From Squalus acanthias (taxonomy: Eukaryota), in assembly GCA_030390025.1 (NCBI GenBank), contig CM059431.1, positions 112,594,001 through 112,654,000 of the forward strand: a stretch of DNA of 60,000 bases, read 5' to 3'. Both the position numbers and the translations under genes were made by a program. The notes beneath the pieces were generated by a model. The model saw only the letters and a program-made list of their open reading frames with translations, was not told the origin of the DNA and did no database searches. Below are positions 37,214-49,052 of this stretch, piece after piece (position 1 is the first letter of the stretch; each line of letters starts with the position of its first letter).

Positions 37214-37952
37214 CAGAACTACTTTTAAAGGAACTTGCAATCTATCGAGACATTTATGAAAACTTGACCAAGATGATCTTTACTGTATTTAAGAAATAAA
37301 CCAAATTAGTGCATAATGTTGTCTAAGTGCATATTTCCTTCATGTAATCACATGGTAAATTTGACTCCTTTGATTTTCCACAATATTTCTTGATGCTTCA
37401 ATTATTCTTTAGCCACTGGCTCTAGCCCCATAACATACATTGCTGCCACTTTGAATTACTGGCTAAAGCTCCCTTACAAAATCCAGTGGTTAATAACACA
37501 ACTCAATTAGTCAACACATGCATCAACCAGAATAGCAGATGTGATGGAATAATTTTCAGTGAAGTGTTGCATCACTATGGCAATGCATAAAGTTGTGTAT
37601 ATATTACTATTCAGAGGAACTGCTCTGTAGCGGCAAACTTTATTATATGCTTATTGAGCATGTGCACAGCTCAATAGTGGCTGAGGAGGTAGGTGAGCAA
37701 CTTCTACTCGGGGCTCTTCCGATGCTCAATCCCCTGACCTAGTTTTGAAGAGGTTTACAAGACCAACCCAGGAATGACAGCCTCTACTTGGTTCCTCACA
37801 GTTGCATTGTGGCTAAATATGAAACTTGTTAACCCACAACAAATAGATGTGTCAACCCTCTACATCAGCAATCAAAACCCTTTTACTATAGAGTGTGAGA
37901 AAAAGCTCTAAAATTTACAAATATTTCTCAATGAGGCCAACTAAATCATCTA

Positions 37953-37990
37953 ATATAAAAAGAGAAAATGCTGGAAATACTCAGCAGGTT
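37953..37990 (-). mobile_element. Tiny Penelope tail remnant
   Basis: AAAAGAGAAAATGCTGGAAATACTCAGCAGGT is reverse complementary to the tail at 15122-15150. Confidence 0.55.
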
Positions 37991-38343
37991 ATCTGTTTGC
38001 TCATTTCCATCAAATGTGGTGCCCATATGCAACTCACTCTGAAAGCTAAACCTTCACCCTCTCAAAAAGGCCCAGAATAACTCTTAATTCTTTCCAATAT
38101 TAAAATTCATTGTGAATGAAAGGAAAAAATATCTTAAATTACTGCAAAGCACAATATACACTAACTAGTGCAAAACCCCAGATATCCAACATATGAAATC
38201 AAATTCACTTTGATATCCCTACAGTTAAAGCATTTAGGTTTGCCATATTTAACATATATACAAAAACTGTTCTATTATTGATAATGTTTCTTATTGAAGG
38301 CTTTATAATGAAGTAACAATGCCAGGAGATGATTACAACTTAC

Positions 38344-38440
38344 TGCTGCCATGTCCTTTATCAGTTTAATGATTATTTCTGAAATTTGTGGGGGTGTGGA
38401 GCCTTTCATCCACCAGTGACTTTCACCTCGGCGAATGGAG
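38344..38440 (-). CDS. MYCBP2: MYCBP2 exon
   Basis: SIRRGESHWWMKGSTPPQISEIIIKLIKDMAA; AG/GT, phase 2 start. Confidence 0.94.
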
Positions 38441-39342
38441 CTGTGGAAAGACCGAGAAACCATTAGGCAAATCGCTTTATCATCTTATTTAAAATGGCTT
38501 GCAAATAGGTTTTATAATTAATATACAAACGAGTCATTTCATCTCCTTCAGTTATCAGGAAACTGTGATGAAATCTAATTAACCATGCAAGCATTAATTT
38601 GAGTGAAAAGTAGATTACTCACTAAAGGTGTAATATTCCTTTCAACAAAAGTCTCCTCCACAAACACCATATCCATAACTACTACATCAGCACTGCTATG
38701 GAAGAACCCACACACCTGAATTACTTGAGCGCATTTTACAGTGTATGAGGTCCCTCATAACGTATCAGGCCAATTTTTAGTCTTTGTCCCAGCTCTGATC
38801 AGATACATAAGATAAATCTTCATAAGAATCAAACTATTCTACATGAAGACCCAATGTACAGGCTAAAGACAGAAATATACTGGCCTGCTGATGTCTACGT
38901 AATTGGCAGTTGGAATTAAGGAAATTAAGAGAAAAGATGGAAGGCTGAATGCCATCAGCAGTAGGAACCCTGGCTGCATTTCTGTTCACTAGACAAGGGA
39001 TGCTGAGGCCAACTGTAGCCTTCTTACTGCCAGCTGTATCAAATTTGGGACCGTCTGGTTTTTGTGGCTCAGTTACCCAATGAACAATCTGGGAGCCATG
39101 CAGGTGTTTTAATCAGTAGCATATACACTGATTATGGAGCAGCAGGAGCTGGTGATCAAATTAACAATTTTGCCTAAGCTGTGAATAATGTGGATTCAAG
39201 AACTTGCTTCCAAGAATGCTTCAAATACACACCAGTACGACAGACAAAAAGGACGTGGAACTTGAGAGGTCTTTAGTACTAACAAAACTGATGCTACACA
39301 AAATGGTTCTATTACGTGGATTACATTTAGAACGTAGACAGT

Positions 39343-39644
39343 ACCTCCCAAATCAGTGACCTCTACCACCGAGAAGGACAAGGGCAGCAGGCACACGGGA
39401 ACACTACCACCTCAAAGTTCCCCTCCAAGTCACACACCATTCTGACTTGGAAATATATCGCCATTCCTTCATTGTTGCTGGGTCAAAATCCTGGAATTCC
39501 CTACCTAAAAGCACCGTGGGAGTACCTTCACCACAAGGACTGCAGCGGTTCAAGGCGGTGGCTCACCACCACCTTCTCAAGGGCAATTAGGGATGGGCAA
39601 TAAATGCTGGCCTTACCAGCGATGCCTACATCCCGTGAATGAAT
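39343..39644 (+). mobile_element. CR1-clade LINE (second family) 3' end
   Basis: Matches 20845-21135 and 24155-24450. Confidence 0.88.
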
Positions 39645-39998
39645 AAGTAAAATATGGCAAACATTCTCTGAGGTCAGAAGTTCATCTTTGTTTGACTTGT
39701 ATGACAATTTCCAGTTTATCACAAATAACTGTGTTGCAACACAACATACAAAGCATAATATTGCTAGACCAACACAGCTAACATTTGACAAACAAAATCT
39801 AGTCATTTACTTTTTGTGGCAATAATCACCGATTATGGCAGCGGAGTAAAAATTCCATCAGAACTAATTTTCCAACATGTCTAAAATAGCATGTGGGAGT
39901 ATAAAATATAACCATTGTAATGTTAACGCAACTAGAATATTGATGCCATTTCCTAGTTCTCCTAAGAATAAAGTACAACTTAGAAGAGTCATTCTTAC

Positions 39999-40273
39999 CC
40001 AGAGTTGAAGACCGACGGTAATGTAACGGTGGTCACCCCCTTCCCAGCAACTGTGCCAGGAAAACTACTCCCTTTGGCTTTTAACTGCACAGTGAGGGCT
40101 TTGGAAATGCATCCCAAGAACATGTCCAAAATTCCCAATTTATTCCAATCTCCTTTCTCTGTGGAGTGAATGATGTCGCTGATGTCTGCTGGCGGAAGAG
40201 ATTTCACGCCTATTATACTGGCAAGACGCACTGGTGTTACCTCTGGCAACACACGGCGTAGCAAAGATGTTAC
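39999..40273 (-). CDS. MYCBP2: MYCBP2 exon
   Basis: VTSLLRRVLPEVTPVRLASIIGVKSLPPADISDIIHSTEKGDWNKLGILDMFLGCISKALTVQLKAKG...FNS(G); AG/GT. Confidence 0.95.
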
Positions 40274-40478
40274 CTGCAAACATGAGAGTTTGAATTCCAA
40301 ATGGTTTTTAAATGTATTGTTTCACAAAACACATACACTGGAAATAATAGCACATAAATATTCAAAAAGCATGAGTATGAAACTTGGCATTGCTGGTGCT
40401 TACAATTTTAAAAATTGGTTAAAAAATGATTCTCTGCTCTGGTGAAGTTTAAATAGATACAATAAAATCAATACTGAC

Positions 40479-40745
40479 CTGTCTTTGAACCCTAGGTGAA
40501 GCAGTATGCAGTAAAGAGAAGAGGTCTTGCAATAAGGTGAGCTGCTGGGCCAAGTATTGTCTCCCTACATTGGAACCACTCAAAGCAAGCACCATAGAGA
40601 GCAATTCAAAACAGTATGCGTCCGAAGAAGCATCCTCATCATTTGGCTGAGAATTAGCATTTTCCTTGCTGGATATGGCATGTTCCCATTCTTCTCGCAC
40701 ACGTGTGGCTTCCATGCGTATAGCTTGAACTATATGCGCACATAC
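40479..40745 (-). CDS. MYCBP2: MYCBP2 exon
   Basis: VCAHIVQAIRMEATRVREEWEHAISSKENANSQPNDEDASSDAYCFELLSMVLALSGSNVGRQYLAQQLTLLQDLFSLLHTASPRVQRQ; AG/GT, 267 nt. Confidence 0.96.
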
Positions 40746-41573
40746 CTGTTCAGAAAGATAATCAGCAGGTTTCAAGGATTGGATCAAGTACAGAAATCAT
40801 GATCAAGTTAGATTCCACAAGAAGTGGGTGAAGTTGAACATAGTTGACCCATTTTTTTGATTAGGCGCCTGTGAAGTGCCTTGGGGCATTTTTCTACGTT
40901 AAAGGCGCTATGTAAATGCAAGTATTGTTGCTGGGGAAACCATATGGTCTGTGATGGCCCTGGGAAGAAATTCGACATGTTGAGCAGCACAGGCTTATGT
41001 GGTTGCCCCCATTCTGATTAACGGGGAGCACTGATCATCAGTGGAGCAGCTAAAATATTCTCTGTTCTCAAATGCTTCCCATATGTTAGGTTGTGAATAT
41101 AGCAAGCAGTATTGGAAAGTTTCAAGCCAGTGAGCCTGCTTCAGACCTATTAATGGGATGACTGGAGCTTTCTGTATTCATTTCCCAATAGAATAAAGTC
41201 TGCCTTTACTTTGTATTCAGATTTGAACTGTGTGTATTGCATACAAAGCTTTACTCAATATTTTTTTCCTGGCTCCAGAAAATCGTATTTCTTTGAGGGA
41301 CAACTGAAGCATCCGCTTTGGCATCACTGTGTTAAGGTGAAAACTTCAATTGCTAGCACAGGGAGCCAAGAATTTCCCAATACCTGCCAGTACCCAAAGG
41401 GCTAACCCCTTGAAGGACTGAAAATATTTCTGCACTGAAAATATTTCTGTACTGATTGTATGAAATAATCAAACACTCAACAGTATAATGTATTGTCTTG
41501 AAAACAGAGACAGCCAGCTCAAGCAGATAGGAAGGCCCACAATATGCTTACTTCCAGGAGTTTCATGTTTAGA

Positions 41574-42461
41574 GTGTCAGCCATGGTAGCACCCGCGGCT
41601 TGGAGTCAGATGGTCGTGGGTCCAAGTCCCACTCCAGAGACTTGAACACAAAAATCTAGGCTGACACTCCAGTGCAGTATTGAGGGAGTGCTGCACTGTG
41701 CCGTCTTTTAGATGAGACATTAAACGGAGGCCCCTTCTGCTCTCTCAGGTGGACGTAAAAGATCCCATGGCACTATTTCGAAGAATAACAGGGGAGTTAT
41801 CCCTGGTGTCCTGGCCAATATTTATCCCTCAATCAATATTAAAACAACAGATTATCTGGTCATCAATCTCTCTCTCTCAGGCAGTCCCTCGGAACCGAGG
41901 ATGACTTGCTTCCACGCTAAAAATGAGTTCTCAGGTGACTGATGAGTCTAATGCGTGACCTACAGTCTCTGTCACAGGTGGGGCAGACGGTGGCTGAAGG
42001 GGCGGGTGGGTGGGGTGCTTGGGTTGATGTGCGCTCCTTCCGCTTGGTTTCCGCTTGCTCCCGGAGAAGAGACTCGAGGTGTTCGGCGCCTTCCCGGATG
42101 CTTCTCCTCCACTTTGAGCGGTCTTGGGCCAGGGATGTTGCACTTTTTCAAGGCGGCTTTGAGGGTGTCCTTGAAGCATTTCCTCTGCCCACCTGGGGCT
42201 CTCCTGCCGTGTCGGAGGTCTGAGTAGAGCGCTTGTTTTGTATCGGGCATGCGGACGATGTGGCCCGTCCATCGGAGCTGATCGAGCATGGTCAAAGCTT
42301 CGATGTTGTTTGTGGGAGTTTGCTGTGTGCAAACTGGCTGCTGCATTTCCTACATTACAAGTGACTACACTTCAAAAAAAAAAAGTACTTCATTGGCTGT
42401 GAAGTGCTTTAGGATGTCCAGTGGTCGTAAAAGGCGCTATATAAATGCAAGTCTTTCTTTT
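41574..42461 (+). mobile_element. Deu-domain SINE interrupted by an RTE insertion
   Basis: 41574-41865 and 42306-42461 together match 4241-4706 colinearly. Confidence 0.88.
41867..42305 (-). mobile_element. RTE-clade LINE 3' fragment nested in the SINE
   Basis: IEALTMLDQLRWTGHIVRMPD..KQALYSDLRHGRRAPGGQRKCFKDTLKAALKKC is typical of the RTE ORF C-terminus; (GA)n tail. Confidence 0.85.
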
Positions 42462-42663
42462 AAGAGATGAATAATTACTACAATATGCAATAGACTTAAA
42501 TAACAATTTTCTGTGAAGATTCAATTAGAGCACAGCACTGGGCAGCTCCTAATCAATGGACTACTATGGAGGAAACAACAGCTTGAAGTAGTTTGCAAAT
42601 AAATCACTGAACTATGAAACAATCCAAGTACATAAAATGCCACTTGTATGAGAAATAACAAAC

Positions 42664-42741
42664 CTGTTTCTGGAGATTGGTTAACTTGCTTCTGCTAAAT
42701 ATGATTCCAACCATGTGTTCCTTCAAATCAGCATCAGATGC
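42664..42741 (-). CDS. MYCBP2: MYCBP2 exon
   Basis: ASDADLKEHMVGIIFSRSKLTNLQKQ; AG/GT, 78 nt. Confidence 0.93.
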
Positions 42742-42836
42742 CTTTATCAAAACAAGATGAAATATGGTCATTTTAAGCAAGAATGGTAGTTATTTACAAT
42801 AAAAATATACTAAGTGCATAGTTGTTATATCCGTAC

Positions 42837-42926
42837 CTTTTCTTCTCCCTCTGGTGAAGACAAAATAGTCTTGTCTTCTTGCTCAGGTGTAGGTTCTGCA
42901 TCACCACAAATCAGTTTGCCAAACAC
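42837..42926 (-). CDS. MYCBP2: MYCBP2 exon
   Basis: VFGKLICGDAEPTPEQEDKTILSSPEGEEK; AG/GT, 90 nt. Confidence 0.93.
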
Positions 42927-43062
42927 CTGCAACAATTTTATAAAGTCAGCCACATATCAAAAAGCTTAATTTATTCATCAGTTTTATCAACTAAAGAAAC
43001 TCGGACAACTTCAATCCAATTATAGAAAGAATGTTAAAAACAAGAGCAAGCATACAGCATAC

Positions 43063-43500
43063 CTTCACCAGGATGATGCCAGGGATGGGAAGTATAGTTA
43101 GGAGTCCAGATCAGATACTGGAACTAGTTCCACTGGAGCACAAAGGCGAAGAGGAGATTTAACAGAGGTTTTAAAATTATGAAGGATTTTGATTGGGTAA
43201 ATAGGGTAAGAATTTCCTTTGTTTGGGGAATCAGTGCCAAGGGGTCATCAACTTAAAATGGTGACTAAGAGTGAGGAGGGAGGTTATGAGAAAGTTCTTT
43301 ACACAGACTTATTAGGAGCATGGAATGGTTTCTGGGGGGGGAGTAGTTGAAGCAGAGGCCACAGCATCTTTTAAGAAAGGAGCAGGAAAACATTTCAAAC
43401 AGTGAAAGATACAGAGCTGAGAAGACAGGGCAGTGGGATTAGCCTTCGCAAAGACCAACGTAGATATGATAAACCAAATAGACTCCTCCTGTGCTGTAAT
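43063..43500 (+). mobile_element. Degenerate CR1 3' fragment
   Basis: TTCACCAGGATGATGCCAGGGATG..GAGGAGATTTAACAGAGGTTTTAAAATTATGAAGG..CTCCTCCTGTGCTGTAA. Confidence 0.75.
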
Positions 43501-43519
43501 CGTAAATGGTTCCTTCTTA

Positions 43520-44117
43520 AGAAATGCCTGCTTCCCATTCAAAAACCAGTCATTACCCCTCTTCTCAATAAACACACCCTCAAACCCTCTGTCCTTGTAA
43601 ACTACTATCCCATCTCCAATCTCTCCAAAATCCTTAGATGTGCTGTTGGCTCCTAAATCCACGGCCACCTTGCTTTCAACTCCCTGTAAACACCACTCAA
43701 ATTAGTTTTTTGCCCCGCCACAGCCCTAAGCAAAGTCACACATGACAACCTCTGGGACAGTGGTGCATTATACCTCTTCGACCTCTCTGTAGCCTTTGGC
43801 AGTCGACCACATCATCCTCCTCCAGTGCCTCTTGGTTATCCAGCTCAGTGGGACTGCCTTTGCTTGGTTCCACTCTTCCCTATCTGATCATAGTCAGAGC
43901 ATCTTCAGCAATAACTTCTCTTTCTATCCTGCACCCTTACTTTCAGAGTCCTTCAAGGAGCTATTCTTGGTCCCCTCCTCTACATGCTGCACTTTTGAAA
44001 CTTCATCCACAGATGTAGGGTTAATTTCCACATGTACATTAACAACTCCCAGCTCTACCTCTCCACCACTCCTCACGGCCCTTCCACTGTGTGTTGTCAG
44101 ACTGCTTGTCGGATATC
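43520..44117 (+). mobile_element. Degenerate L2 RT fragment
   Basis: ITPLLNKHTLKPSVLVNYYPISNL, LDLS.AF..VDHIILLQCL..LSGTAFAWFHSSLSDHSQ. Confidence 0.7.
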
Positions 44118-44662
44118 CAACAATTTGCATTTATATAGCGCCTTTAACGTAGTAAAATATCCTAACAGGAGCATAATTAGATTGAAGTCAACACCGAATC
44201 AAAGGAGGAGACATTAGGACAGATGATCAAATGTTTGGTCGAAGAGGTAGGTTTTAAGCAGCATCTTAAAAGACGAAAGAGAGGGGTGGCGAGTCCAAGA
44301 AGTTTGGGGAGGCAATTCCAGAGCTTAGGGCCGAGATGGCTGAAGGCAGGGCAGCCAATGGGGAGGCAAAGGAAGTGGGGGATGCACAAGAGGTCAGAGT
44401 TGGAGGATCTCAGAGGGCTGTAGGAGGTTACATAGATAGGGAGGGGCGAGGCCATGGAGGGATTTGAACATGAGGATAAAAATTTTAAAATTGAGGCGTT
44501 GGTGGACTGGGAGCCAACGCAGGTCAGCAAGCACAGGGGTGCTGGGTGAACGGGACTTGGTGCGAATTAGGAAATGGGCAGGAGAGGTTTGGATGAGCTC
44601 AAGTTTATGGAGGGTGGAAGATCAGAAGCCAGCCAGAAGAATACTGGAATAGTCGAGTCTGG
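44118..44662 (-). mobile_element. L2 LINE 3' fragment
   Basis: Same family as 24589-25097; tail CAACAATTTGCATTTATATAGCGCCTTTAACGTAG. Confidence 0.85.
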
Positions 44663-44892
44663 TCACAGTTACAACAGAGTCGAGTTTTACACAAACACCA
44701 ATCTCCAGGTATTTTCTTTGAATTCAACTGCAAATTAGAAGTTATATGATTCTGCACATTTTTAATTATGACTTGCTAGACAATAGACATATTTTACACA
44801 TTATGACACCAGAGATGTGCACGGACAGTGGTCAATGAAAGCCATGATTCCGAAGAACAAAAAATGTAAATAGATTAAAAAATACAATATAC

Positions 44893-45132
44893 CTGTGATG
44901 TAATAAGTCGGAAAACTCTGAGGGTCTCTGCTTCACAGTTCTTCTGCTGAGCAACGCTTGCGGAGATTTGCCCACCAATTTTGATGCTTTCACTTTCCTT
45001 CCATCCTAAAACTTTGACTTGTCGCACTCTCAATGTGTTCTCAGGGCCTTTGAGTTCTATTTTAATAATATGATTGTCTCCTCCAGGAAGTTCACTGGTT
45101 ACCCATCCCATATGCCTGGAATCCATGTCAGT
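44893..45132 (-). CDS. MYCBP2: MYCBP2 exon (DOC/APC10-like domain end)
   Basis: TDMDSRHMGWVTSELPGGDNHIIKIELKGPENTLRVRQVKVLGWKESESIKIGGQISASVAQQKNCEAETLRVFRLITSQ; AG/GT, 240 nt. Confidence 0.95.
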
Positions 45133-45693
45133 CTAAGAACAGGAGAAAAAAGAGAAAGTGGACTCATGTTTATTTTTGAAAGCAAATACGGTAAATAGAT
45201 TTCTTTAGTGTAAAATCAGTTTTTAAACAAAGCAACTCTATTATAAAAATGAAGAGCAGCAACGTGTCTGTCAGCCAAGCTTAAAGATTTAAGTCTGGAA
45301 CAAGAAAAGGTTATTCAGCGCATAAAGCTCTTTCCACAGTCCATGCTTGACTATCTCATGGATATCCCTCCCCTCCAACTCAACATCACTTTACTGTCTC
45401 TCATTTGAATCAAATTGGTCTATGAACATTTCTGTAGCCTTCAAACCCTTTCCTCAACAGATTTGGCGTTGTATTTTTTGACTCTTGTACTATTTTATCT
45501 ATATGGCTGAATTAACCAAGGTACTGAACAATGGTTATGACACATCAGCAGTTTAAGATTACTGGTGGAAAAGAAATTAGAATAAAGTTCACAATGACAT
45601 GTTTCATACAACAAGGGGAAGGGGAGAGAATAAAACATACTGCAATGAAAAAAGTTTTGCTTCCAAGAACAACAATTTCTTCCAAATTCTTAC

Positions 45694-45759
45694 TTGTTTA
45701 ATTCTGCTTAGATCTTCGGCTGCTTTGCCAGAAAAGAAAGTCATTGAAGACACCTTGTT
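45694..45759 (-). CDS. MYCBP2: MYCBP2 exon
   Basis: NKVSSMTFFSGKAAEDLSRIKQ; AG/GT, 66 nt. Confidence 0.9.
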
Positions 45760-45992
45760 CTGCAGAGGGGAAAAAGTACATTTCTAGCATAAACATATGA
45801 CAAAAAACACTTCATTGATCAAGAACATGCATTACAATTATGAACTCATGGCCGGCCAGCCGGCCACCCAACCACCCTCCCCAACCCCACCCCGCCCTCC
45901 GGTTTAAGCTTTTCATCAGACCTTTGAACAAAGGATAATGAAGGGAACTGCTAACATTCTTGTTTTGAAATAAAAGATGCAAAGTTAAGTAT

Positions 45993-46558
45993 TAAGAAAA
46001 TGAGAAAGAGGAGGAGTAAGCCATATGGCCCCTCAAGCCTGCTCCACACCATTCAATAAGATCTTCTACCTCAACTCCACTTTCCTGTCCGATCCCTCTA
46101 TCCCTTGATTCCCTTAAGAGTTCAAAAATCTATCAGTCTCAGCCTTGAATATACTCAACGACTGAGCATCCACAGCTCTCTGGGGTAGAGAATTCCAAAG
46201 ATAACAACCCTCTGAGTGAAGAAATTTCTCCTCATCTTAATGCTAAATGGCCGGTCCCATACTAAGTTTAAAATAATTGGCAAAAAAGCCGGGGGGGGGG
46301 GGGGGGGGAGGAGGGAGATGATGATGAGAATATCATTTGCTCAGTGAATTGTTATGATCTGGAATGCACTGGCGGAAAGGGTGGTGAAAGCAGATTCAAT
46401 AGTGACTTTCAAAAGGGAATTGGATCTCCACTTAAAAAGGAAAAATTTGCAGGGCTATGGGGAAAGAGCAGGGGAGTGGGACTAATTGGTAGCTCTTTCA
46501 GAGAGCGGGTAGAGGCATGATGGGCCGAATGGCCTCCTTCTGCACTGTATGATTCCAT
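45993..46558. mobile_element. Two CR1 3' fragments head-to-head (45993-46258 minus; 46262-46558 plus)
   Basis: GGAGTAAGCCATATGGCCCCTCAAGCCTGC.. (minus terminus) and ..GGGCCGAATGGCCTCCTTCTGCACTGTATGATTC (plus terminus). Confidence 0.8.
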
Positions 46559-46909
46559 TGTAGGAGGTGTGCTTATCTGATGTATTGTTGATTCTGTATA
46601 ATCAACACGTTTCAACCGTTTTAATTCAGAGTTATATGGTCTATCAGCATGGCCTTTTCCATCAGCTTAAAGAGATCTGAAATATATGGTGGGTACCGAC
46701 CCTGATGTATATCCCCCACAGTGCTGGGATTATTGTTCGTCCAGGACCTACAATCCCATATAATTCATGCACAAATTGCCATTTTAGTTCAGAGGAAATG
46801 TGAGCTTGCCTATGGAAATCCATTTTTTTTTTTTTTGAGTAGCAGTAAAAAGTATTCGTAAGAAGCTAGAATTGTAAACCAAAGACTTTGAAATATTCCT
46901 ATTTCTTAC

Positions 46910-47134
46910 CCCCAAGTCTCGAGAGTTGTCCACATGAACAGATACATAACGAGCACAAATTCCTTTAACACAATTTATAGTTATGCTCTTGGTTTTATTC
47001 TTGTCTTCATCTCCCGACTCCCAGAAGGTTTCTGTTGATCCATCCGTCAAACTACCAATCATAGCTGGTCTACTAGATGTCTTAATATCTACAATCCCAG
47101 TGAGGTCTTTCAAACATGTTACTGTACAGAGCTC
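46910..47134 (-). CDS. MYCBP2: MYCBP2 exon (DOC/APC10-like domain)
   Basis: ELCTVTCLKDLTGIVDIKTSSRPAMIGSLTDGSTETFWESGDEDKNKTKSITINCVKGICARYVSVHVDNSRDLG; CAGCAG acceptor, GT donor. Confidence 0.95.
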
Positions 47135-47784
47135 CTGCTGTGAAAGGAAAAAAAACACAACTGACTTTTCCTTCTATGGGACATAACGCACAAAGAAAAA
47201 AAAATTGCTGTGACTCAAGGCCGATTGTAGTCAAGAGCAACAATCAGCCTCAGGTCTTATAGGTAAAATGTACTGATTTTTTGACAAGATCACTTGGGGG
47301 GGGGGGGGGGGGGGGGGGGGGTTGGAATTGAAAAGAATGGAGAATCAATGCACAAAATAAGTTGACAATACAAATATGCTAGATTGCCTAACCTAGGTGT
47401 GGGTCATCTTCATTTTTTCATTCCTTAAATAGCATTCAATCTCCACAAAGAAATGAACAGGTCATCAACAAAATGGAAAAAAACACCAGGACAGTGTCCC
47501 TTTAGGAATGTGACGTCTTACATGGGTTGTGGCAGTCATTTGATCTTTGCCGATGCCTACTTTGTGTGAAACCTGCTCTGGAAGCTTATCTCAGGCTTTA
47601 AAATGAAATAGCTGATATACTGAGTTGTCACAAGGAATATAATGGTACACAAAGAAATCTTCAAGTATGCACTAGATTAGATAATAAAGACAGTTTTTAA
47701 AGGTTTGAACTGCATTTGAAGAATAAAGGAAGAATGCATCATATTAATTATACCCACATATAGAAAATCAGAGAGGTATCCCTC

Positions 47785-48000
47785 CAGTGGCTCAACGAGT
47801 TTATCCAGTATGCAGCTGAGCTGCAGATCAGGTATGTCTTGATTTCGATCTAGCGCCTGTGCTGAGATAGCTGATCTCAGGTGGGGCAGTGATAGAGGTA
47901 CCACAACTGGCCTCGGGAGGTGAAAATAACCTCCTGAGTGCTATCCAGTTTTAGCATGTACGTTGGGTGAGGAAAGGACTGGGCTCAATGGTAATTTGGT
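47785..48000 (+). mobile_element. Degenerate older tRNA-type SINE
   Basis: GTGGCTCAA (box A-like), GATTTCGATC (box B-like), CTGTGCTGAGATAGCTGATCTCAG..ACAACTGGCCTC..GGGTGAGGAAAGGACTGGGC; related reverse copy at 49800-50120. Confidence 0.55.
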
Positions 48001-48161
48001 GGCTGCAAGAAGATACCAAACAATATCTGGAACCAGGCAATGAGGGGCAAATTCTATACCTGGTCCACTGTGTGGAAAGAAGCTAATCAGACTACACCCT
48101 CAAGAGTCTCATTTCATCTTGTAGCTATTAAGCAGAATATTTCTGTGTAAATGAGCTTTAC

Positions 48162-48318
48162 CTGATTCAAGGCTTCATAACCAGACTGCACACTGATGTT
48201 AAAGCTTTCTTCACTATCGCCATCATCAGATTTAGAAAGGATATTATTGATGTGGTGGAAAACATTGCTCTGATGAAGGAATTGATGATCAGACTGCTTG
48301 AATTTCAGACTCCAGCAT
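48162..48318 (-). CDS. MYCBP2: MYCBP2 exon
   Basis: (R)CWSLKFKQSDHQFLHQSNVFHHINNILSKSDDGDSEESFNISVQSGYEALNQ; AG/GT. Confidence 0.95.
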
Positions 48319-48474
48319 CTAGATACACAACCAATAAACATTAGTAGAGAAATACTTGTGATTTGAAGACTGATGCCATATTGGGGACTGGAGGTGGGGA
48401 GGGAAAGAGAAGGAAATCAATTTATAGACAGCCAAGGATTTAACTATTATACCTGGTCTATACTACCTATCCAT

Positions 48475-48819
48475 CATGAAGCAATCTTCAAGCACTTAAC
48501 AGTACATTTGATCATGCTAGTGGCTGTATATGTTACATTTTCTAGAGAATATATAATGGAGTCTTGCGATTGTATTTCACTGCAAGTTCATGCAGTCTGG
48601 AGCACTAAACCAAGCAAATCATAGAATCATACAGCACAGAAGGAAGTCATTCGGTCCGTTGTGTCTGTGCCGGCTCGTTTAAAGAGCTATCCGAAGACTG
48701 CATGAACTTGCAGTGAAATACAATCGCAAGACTCCATTATATATTCTCTAGAAAATGTAACATGTACAGCCACTTAGCATGACCAAACGTACTGTTAAGT
48801 GCTTGAAGATTGCTTCATG
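48475..48819. repeat. 124 bp inverted duplication (48475-48598 vs 48695-48819) around a CR1 3' tail
   Basis: CATGAAGCAATCTTCAAGCACTTAACAGTAC...GCAAGTTCATGCAGTCT and its reverse complement with few mismatches; spacer holds CATAGAATCATACAGCACAGAAGG. Confidence 0.9.
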
Positions 48820-48828
48820 TTCGGTTTA

Positions 48829-49052
48829 TAAAACAAAAACAGAAAATGCTGATATACACAATAGACCAGTCAGCATCTACAGAGAGAACTGACAAGTTAA
48901 AGTTACAGATGCAAATCTTTTTCCAAAACACAAACTGTTTTGAAGAAGGATCCACACCAGAAATGTTAACTTGCCTATTCATGTCACTGATGCTGACTGA
49001 CCTGCTGTGTTTCCCCAGCAGTTTCAGTTTTTGTTTCAGATTTCCAGCATCT
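48829..49052 (+). mobile_element. Old, decayed palindromic Penelope 3'-end remnant
   Basis: AAACAAAAACAGAAAATGCTG..CAGTCAGCATC mirrors GATGCTGACTGACCTGCTGTGTTTCCCCAGCAGTTTCAGTTTTTGTTT; decayed hammerhead core TTGAAGAAGG..GAAATGTTAAC; tail CAGATTTCCAGCATCTG. Confidence 0.65.

Noticed and set aside
41418..41455. 17 bp tandem duplication CTGAAAATATTTCTG(C/T)A
   Set aside because: Ordinary replication-slippage duplication in an intron.
47296..47321. Poly-G/C tracts (also 306-328, 16224-16242, 46291-46307) as functional G-quadruplex elements
   Set aside because: Simple homopolymers of uncertain length; nothing in the sequence supports function.
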